Program-made: the position numbers and the translations under genes
Notes under the pieces: model-generated
The model's input: only the letters and a program-made list of their open reading frames with translations
What the model was told of the DNA's origin: nothing
Database searches by the model: none
NCBI GenBank assembly: GCA_963695345.1
Contig: OY968769.1
Location: 1,472,001-1,536,000 of the forward strand
Direction of reading: 5' to 3'
Origin: an uncultured Methanomassiliicoccales archaeon
GTDB lineage: Archaea; Thermoplasmatota; Thermoplasmata; Methanomassiliicoccales; UBA472
Length of the DNA: 64,000 bases
Shown here: one piece after another, positions 59,756 through 64,000 of the stretch
Layout of the letters: each line of letters starts with the position of its first letter
Numbering within the stretch: the first letter of the stretch is position 1

Positions 59756-60634
59756 TCACGCCCTCCAATTGCCAGCGGCGACCTCTTGGACCTTTCCCCC
59801 AACCATCACGACAATTTCATCATCCTGCATTTCCGCCTTCAAGTACAGGGTCGATGGTCTGCCGATCTGATAGCCCTGCCCTACCTTCGCCTCCATGCGA
59901 TGCGGGCCGGCATAACCGTTCTTCACCAGATAGGCGGCCAGACAACCATTGCCGCTACCGGTGGCCGGGTCCTCAGAGATCCCCTCGAGGATCGGGAAGA
60001 CCCTCACGCTGAGACTTTGGCCTGGTTCCTGCCCTTCCGGAGTGAAGGCCAGAGGGATAGAATTGGGTCCTCCCGCGACAAGGGAACGGAGCGAGCTCTC
60101 ACTCGTCTTTATCCGCTTCAGTGCATCTAGCGAACGAATCGGGATAATGATAAAAGGCAAACCCGTGGATACCTCTTCTGACGGCCATCGTTCGTCGATG
60201 TCCTTCTCTTCCAGTCCCAATACCTTTGCCGCATCCTTGGGCTTGAATTGTCGTCCGAACTCGGGAGCCCGTTGCCTCATCCATGCCATCCCCGTCCCCT
60301 TAGGGAATGTGACCGGGATCTGACCCACCTTCAGGTTAAGGACGACCTTTTCCACATTCCTTCTAATGAGCTTCTCTCGGATGATATGGGCTGTGCCCAG
60401 AGTAGGATGCCCGGCGAATGGGATCTCCTCGGCCGGAGTGAAGATGCGAACGTCGTAACCCCCGCGATCCTCTTTCTTCGATGTCACGAATGTCGTCTCG
60501 GAGAAATTTGTCTCCCTGGCTATCTTTTGCATCTGGTCGCCGTCCAGCCTTCCGAAATCGAAGAATGTCGCCAGTTGATTGCCTTCCAGAGGCCTCTCTG
60601 AGAAAACGTCGGTAATGTGGAATCGGATGTTCAT
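59756..60634 (-). CDS. PhzF-family isomerase
   Basis: GNQLA, MQ.IA...NFSET.F, RIFTP..E.PFAGHPT.G, EDPATGS. Confidence 0.93.
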   Translation of the reverse strand: MNIRFHITDVFSERPLEGNQLATFFDFGRLDGDQMQKIARETNFSETTFVTSKKEDRGGYDVRIFTPAEEIPFAGHPTLGTAHIIREKLIRRNVEKVVLNLKVGQIPVTFPKGTGMAWMRQRAPEFGRQFKPKDAAKVLGLEEKDIDERWPSEEVSTGLPFIIIPIRSLDALKRIKTSESSLRSLVAGGPNSIPLAFTPEGQEPGQSLSVRVFPILEGISEDPATGSGNGCLAAYLVKNGYAGPHRMEAKVGQGYQIGRPSTLYLKAEMQDDEIVVMVGGKVQEVAAGNWRA

Positions 60635-60909
60635 TGATTGACCTGGCCTTAATTGTATATTCTTGATGATATATTGTGAGTTCGGTGACCGAGGTTTGAG
60701 GCGTCACACCACCGTTCCTGCATGTTTTTTTAGGCGGCTACTATCAAAGCGCTGTTGACACAGAATGTCGAATGAAGTGAGCTGCTTGGACATTTGTGAC
60801 CCTGAAACTATTGATATATTTATTACAGTCAGATTCGAATTATTTACGATATTTCATAGTGGATGATGTTATATATTATAGCCTGCATCGAATCTTTAAG
60901 GTGAATCGA

Positions 60910-62206
60910 ATGACAATGTACTGTAACCAATGCCAGCAGACCGCCAAGGGTGTGGCCTGCACGGTCAAAGGGGTATGCGGGAAGGACGAGGACATGGAGA
61001 GCCTCCAGGAGCTGCTTATCTATGGATTGAAGGGGATAGCAGCCTATGCCTACCACTGCCGGATCCTCGGATACAAGGACGAGGAGGTCGACGCCTTCAT
61101 GCACGAAGCCCTCTTCAAGACCCTCACCAATGTCGATTTCTCGCTTGAGGACATGTGGAACACGGTGCTCAAGGCGGGTATGATGAACTTCAGGATCATG
61201 CAGTTGCTGGACAAGGCGAACACAGACCATTTCGGCCTCCCCACACCAGTGACCGTCAAGCACCGGAACCGTGAAAGGCCCGGGTATCCTGGTCACCGGA
61301 CACGACCTTCTCGACCTGGAAGAGCTCCTTGAACAGACCCAGGGTACGGGAGTGAACGTCTACACCCACGGCGAGATGCTGCCGGCGCACGGGTATCCAG
61401 CTCTCCGCAAATACACGAACCTGATCGGCAACTATGGATCGGCCTGGCAGAAACAGAAGACGGAATTCGCCGAGTTCGGCGGCCCCATACTGACCACCAC
61501 CAACTGCGTCCTGATCCCTCCAGAGTCGTACAAGGACCGGCTCTACACGACCGGGATCACCGCGGTGGAGGGAGTGAAGCACATCGCCGACCGGAAGGAT
61601 TTCTCTCAGATCATCGAGCACGCCAAGAGGATCGGGGACCTTCCAGAACGCCCGGGAACGACCCTCTCGACCGGATTCCACCACAAGGCGGTGCTAGGAC
61701 TGGCCCCACAGATCGTGGACGCGGTAAAGGCAGGTAAGATCAAGCACTTCTTCCTGATCGGTGGATGCGACGGAGCGACCCCGGGCAGGAACTACTACTC
61801 GGAGATGGCGGACAAGGTGCCACAGGACAGCGTCATCATGACGCTCGCCTGCGGCAAGTACCGTTTCAACGACCGGAAGTTCGGTGCGATCGACGGCATC
61901 CCCCGTTACCTGGATATCGGGCAGTGCAACGACACCTACTCGGCGGTGGTGTTGGCCGTCGAACTGTCGAAGGCGTTCAACGTGTCCGTGAACGAGCTGC
62001 CGCTGAGCATCGTCCTCTCATGGTTCGAGCAGAAGGCGGTGGCCATCGTCCTGACCTTGCTGGCACTGGGCATCAAGAACGTGCGGGTCGGTCCGACCCT
62101 GCCGGCCTTCGTCTCCCCCAACAACTGGAAGATGATCCAGGAGAAGTATGGGTGGAAGGCGATCGGGGATGTCGACGAGGACCTGAAGGACATGTTGTCC
62201 GGGTGA
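60910..62206 (+). CDS. hcp: Hybrid cluster protein (hydroxylamine reductase), short type; extra A near 61258
   Basis: MYCNQCQQT...CT..GVCGK, F.TLTNV.F; after the shift VTGHDL, YTHGEMLPAH, TTNC, GGCDG, LACGK, GQCND, SWFEQKA. Confidence 0.93.
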
Positions 62207-62327
62207 ACGTCCATCCGTAACCACAGGGCGGCTCCTCCCGCCGCCACCAAAACCCCTTAACTATTCTTATCAAATTTGGCAACTTGGGTTCGTGGTTTTT
62301 TATATCCTGGAGCATTGAATACAATGG

Positions 62328-64000
62328 ATGGTCGACATACTGCCCCTGGCAATGCTCGTTCTTGGTCTGACCATCATCGATGCCACATTGGCCTGTGCCG
62401 CCTTCATGAGGAGCCGGAGGCACTACCGGTATTCCTTCGTAGCCCTAATGGCCATGGAGATCGTCATGGCCTGGGGATATCTTCTGGACGTCAACGCTTC
62501 CGATATTTCAGAGAAGCTGTTCTGGAACAATCTGGAGTACATCGGGTTCCTTGGAGCTGTCCCAGTCTCGCTCATATTCTCGCTTCGCTTCATCGGGAGC
62601 AGATGGATGACACCGAAGAGGACCATGGTGCTCTTGATCGTCCCCCTCGCATTCTTGATCTCATTGGTCACGAACCAGTTCCACCATTTGTGGTACGTCG
62701 ATGTCACGATCTCAAACAACCATTTCATATCGTTCTCGGCCCACTACGGCCCCATCTTCTTTGCCTATGTGGCATTCACCCTGGCGGTGGTCAGCGCGGC
62801 GGTCGTCATACTAATGCGTCGCTACTGCCACACGGTAGGGCAGCACCGAAAACATGTGGGGACTGTGATGCTGGCGACCATGATCCCCCTGGCGGCCACC
62901 ATCCTCAACTTCGTAGAGGTCACGCACATACCCGGTCCATTCCTGGTTCTGGCCGGTCTTTTCGTCAGTGGGATCCTCCTATATGTTGGCGCGTTCGGGT
63001 TCGAGATGTTCGAGATCGTGCCCTTCGCCTTCGACAAGGTTGTGGGGACCATCAATGACAGCGTGTTCGTGCTCGATGAGGGCGATGCGATTCTGTTCAT
63101 GAACAACAGCGCCGTTGCACTGATCGGGAAAAGGAACGAGGAAGCGTTTCACTGTAGAATAGGCGACGTCCTCCCGGGAGGGGAACCCATCTCGACGGCT
63201 ATCACCAAAGGCGAATCGGACTGCTGTTTCGAAATGGTTCCAGGACAATTCTATCATGCCTCAGTTACCGAGATCAAGGATCCGGGACAGAGGGCGGTGG
63301 GCAAGCTTGTAGTCCTTCATGATATTACCAAGGAAAAAAGGGCCAGCGATCTGGTAAAAGAGGCAGAGGACAAGACCGATCTGCTAAACTCCATCACCAG
63401 ACACGATATCAATAACCAGCTGCTGGTAATCGAAGGCAACGCAGAACTGTTGCGCCTCAGATCGAGTGACGAGTCAATCAAGAAGAACCTTGCCTTGATC
63501 GTTTCCGCCTCCAAGAACATCTCCCAACAGTTGGCCTTCCTCAGGGACTACCAGGCCATCGGCGTCAAGGACCCCTCATGGCAGAACATAGGATCAATGG
63601 CCCTGCAGGTGCCTCTTCCGCTTTCCGAGCGGGGAGTGGTAATGGAAACCGATGTCCGGAACGCTGAGATACTGGCAGATCCTCAGTTGGAAAAGGTGTT
63701 TTACAACCTGGTGGACAACTCCCTGACCCACGGCGAGGGCGTTACCCATATCAAGATATCGCTAAAAGAAATGACCGATTTCGCAGAACTGGTCTATCAG
63801 GATGACGGTCCAGGCATCTCTCCAGATGCCAGAAAGCATCTATTCGAGATGAGCGAGGACGGAGAACATGGGGCCGGGCTATTCCTTTCCAAGAAGATCC
63901 TGGCCATTACTGGCATGACCATAACCGAGGAAGGCGAACCCGGCAAGGGCGTGAGGTTTGTGATCCGGGTCAGCCGGAACAAGGTGCGATTTGTGCAGCA
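62328..64000 (+). CDS. HisKA_7TM-PAS-histidine kinase; runs off the window end
   Basis: Not in ORF track (no stop in window). Manual reading from ATG 62328: MVDILPLAM..., KLFWNNLEYIG, LVTNQFHHLW, PAS (VFVLD), ITRHDINNQL, VFYNLVDNSLTHG, QDDGPGI, GAGLFLS. Confidence 0.88.
   Translation, partial: MVDILPLAMLVLGLTIIDATLACAAFMRSRRHYRYSFVALMAMEIVMAWGYLLDVNASDISEKLFWNNLEYIGFLGAVPVSLIFSLRFIGSRWMTPKRTMVLLIVPLAFLISLVTNQFHHLWYVDVTISNNHFISFSAHYGPIFFAYVAFTLAVVSAAVVILMRRYCHTVGQHRKHVGTVMLATMIPLAATILNFVEVTHIPGPFLVLAGLFVSGILLYVGAFGFEMFEIVPFAFDKVVGTINDSVFVLDEGDAILFMNNSAVALIGKRNEEAFHCRIGDVLPGGEPISTAITKGESDCCFEMVPGQFYHASVTEIKDPGQRAVGKLVVLHDITKEKRASDLVKEAEDKTDLLNSITRHDINNQLLVIEGNAELLRLRSSDESIKKNLALIVSASKNISQQLAFLRDYQAIGVKDPSWQNIGSMALQVPLPLSERGVVMETDVRNAEILADPQLEKVFYNLVDNSLTHGEGVTHIKISLKEMTDFAELVYQDDGPGISPDARKHLFEMSEDGEHGAGLFLSKKILAITGMTITEEGEPGKGVRFVIRVSRNKVRFVQ

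Noticed and set aside
60635-60909. Regulator-binding palindrome upstream of hcp
   Set aside because: AT-rich, but no convincing HcpR/NsrR-type inverted repeat was found.
1-64000. CRISPR array, rRNA, IS/transposase, prophage, intein in polB
   Set aside because: No regularly spaced repeats or diagnostic motifs seen; polB motifs are contiguous at normal length.

Overview
Archaeal chromosomal DNA, GC-rich in the core genes. The gene set (aIF-1A-Rio1-KH-Pus10-L21e-Rpo4-DUF655-KsgA superoperon, L15e, PolB, TATA boxes, GGTGA-type RBS, a BHB tRNA intron) and general style suggest a Methanomassiliicoccales-like Thermoplasmatota methanogen; this taxonomy is inference. 1-35 kb is mostly housekeeping: an RPH/PigC-like PEP-utilising enzyme, IMPase-NadK-JAMM, glmM-glmU, a stand-alone LigD phosphoesterase, a CHASE4 hybrid kinase, a ppk1-CHAD/HD-ppx polyphosphate operon, tRNA-Leu, a ThiI-like gene, rpl15e, polB and ychF. 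36-64 kb, after an intron-containing tRNA-Glu, is mostly accessory or metabolic. At least seven genes carry single-base frameshifts, most likely long-read errors. Best leads: (1) a two-gene operon at 40068-41371 pairing an NHLP-leader-like small protein with a DDxxD/DDxxDxxxD isoprenoid-synthase-fold enzyme, a candidate archaeal peptide-prenylation (RiPP) system whose precursor has no Trp; (2) a protein-kinase locus at 51875-53976 bracketed by two small paralogous genes, one missing from the ORF track, with a dual-specificity phosphatase nearby; (3) a 615-bp integrase-less cassette flanked by a 57-bp duplication of the tRNA-Leu 3' half; (4) a 74-aa Lys-rich single-gene candidate chromatin protein; (5) a structured putative leader RNA upstream of a purN-like gene. 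No CRISPR array, rRNA, transposase or integrase was seen. All family calls come from motif recognition by eye, not database searches.
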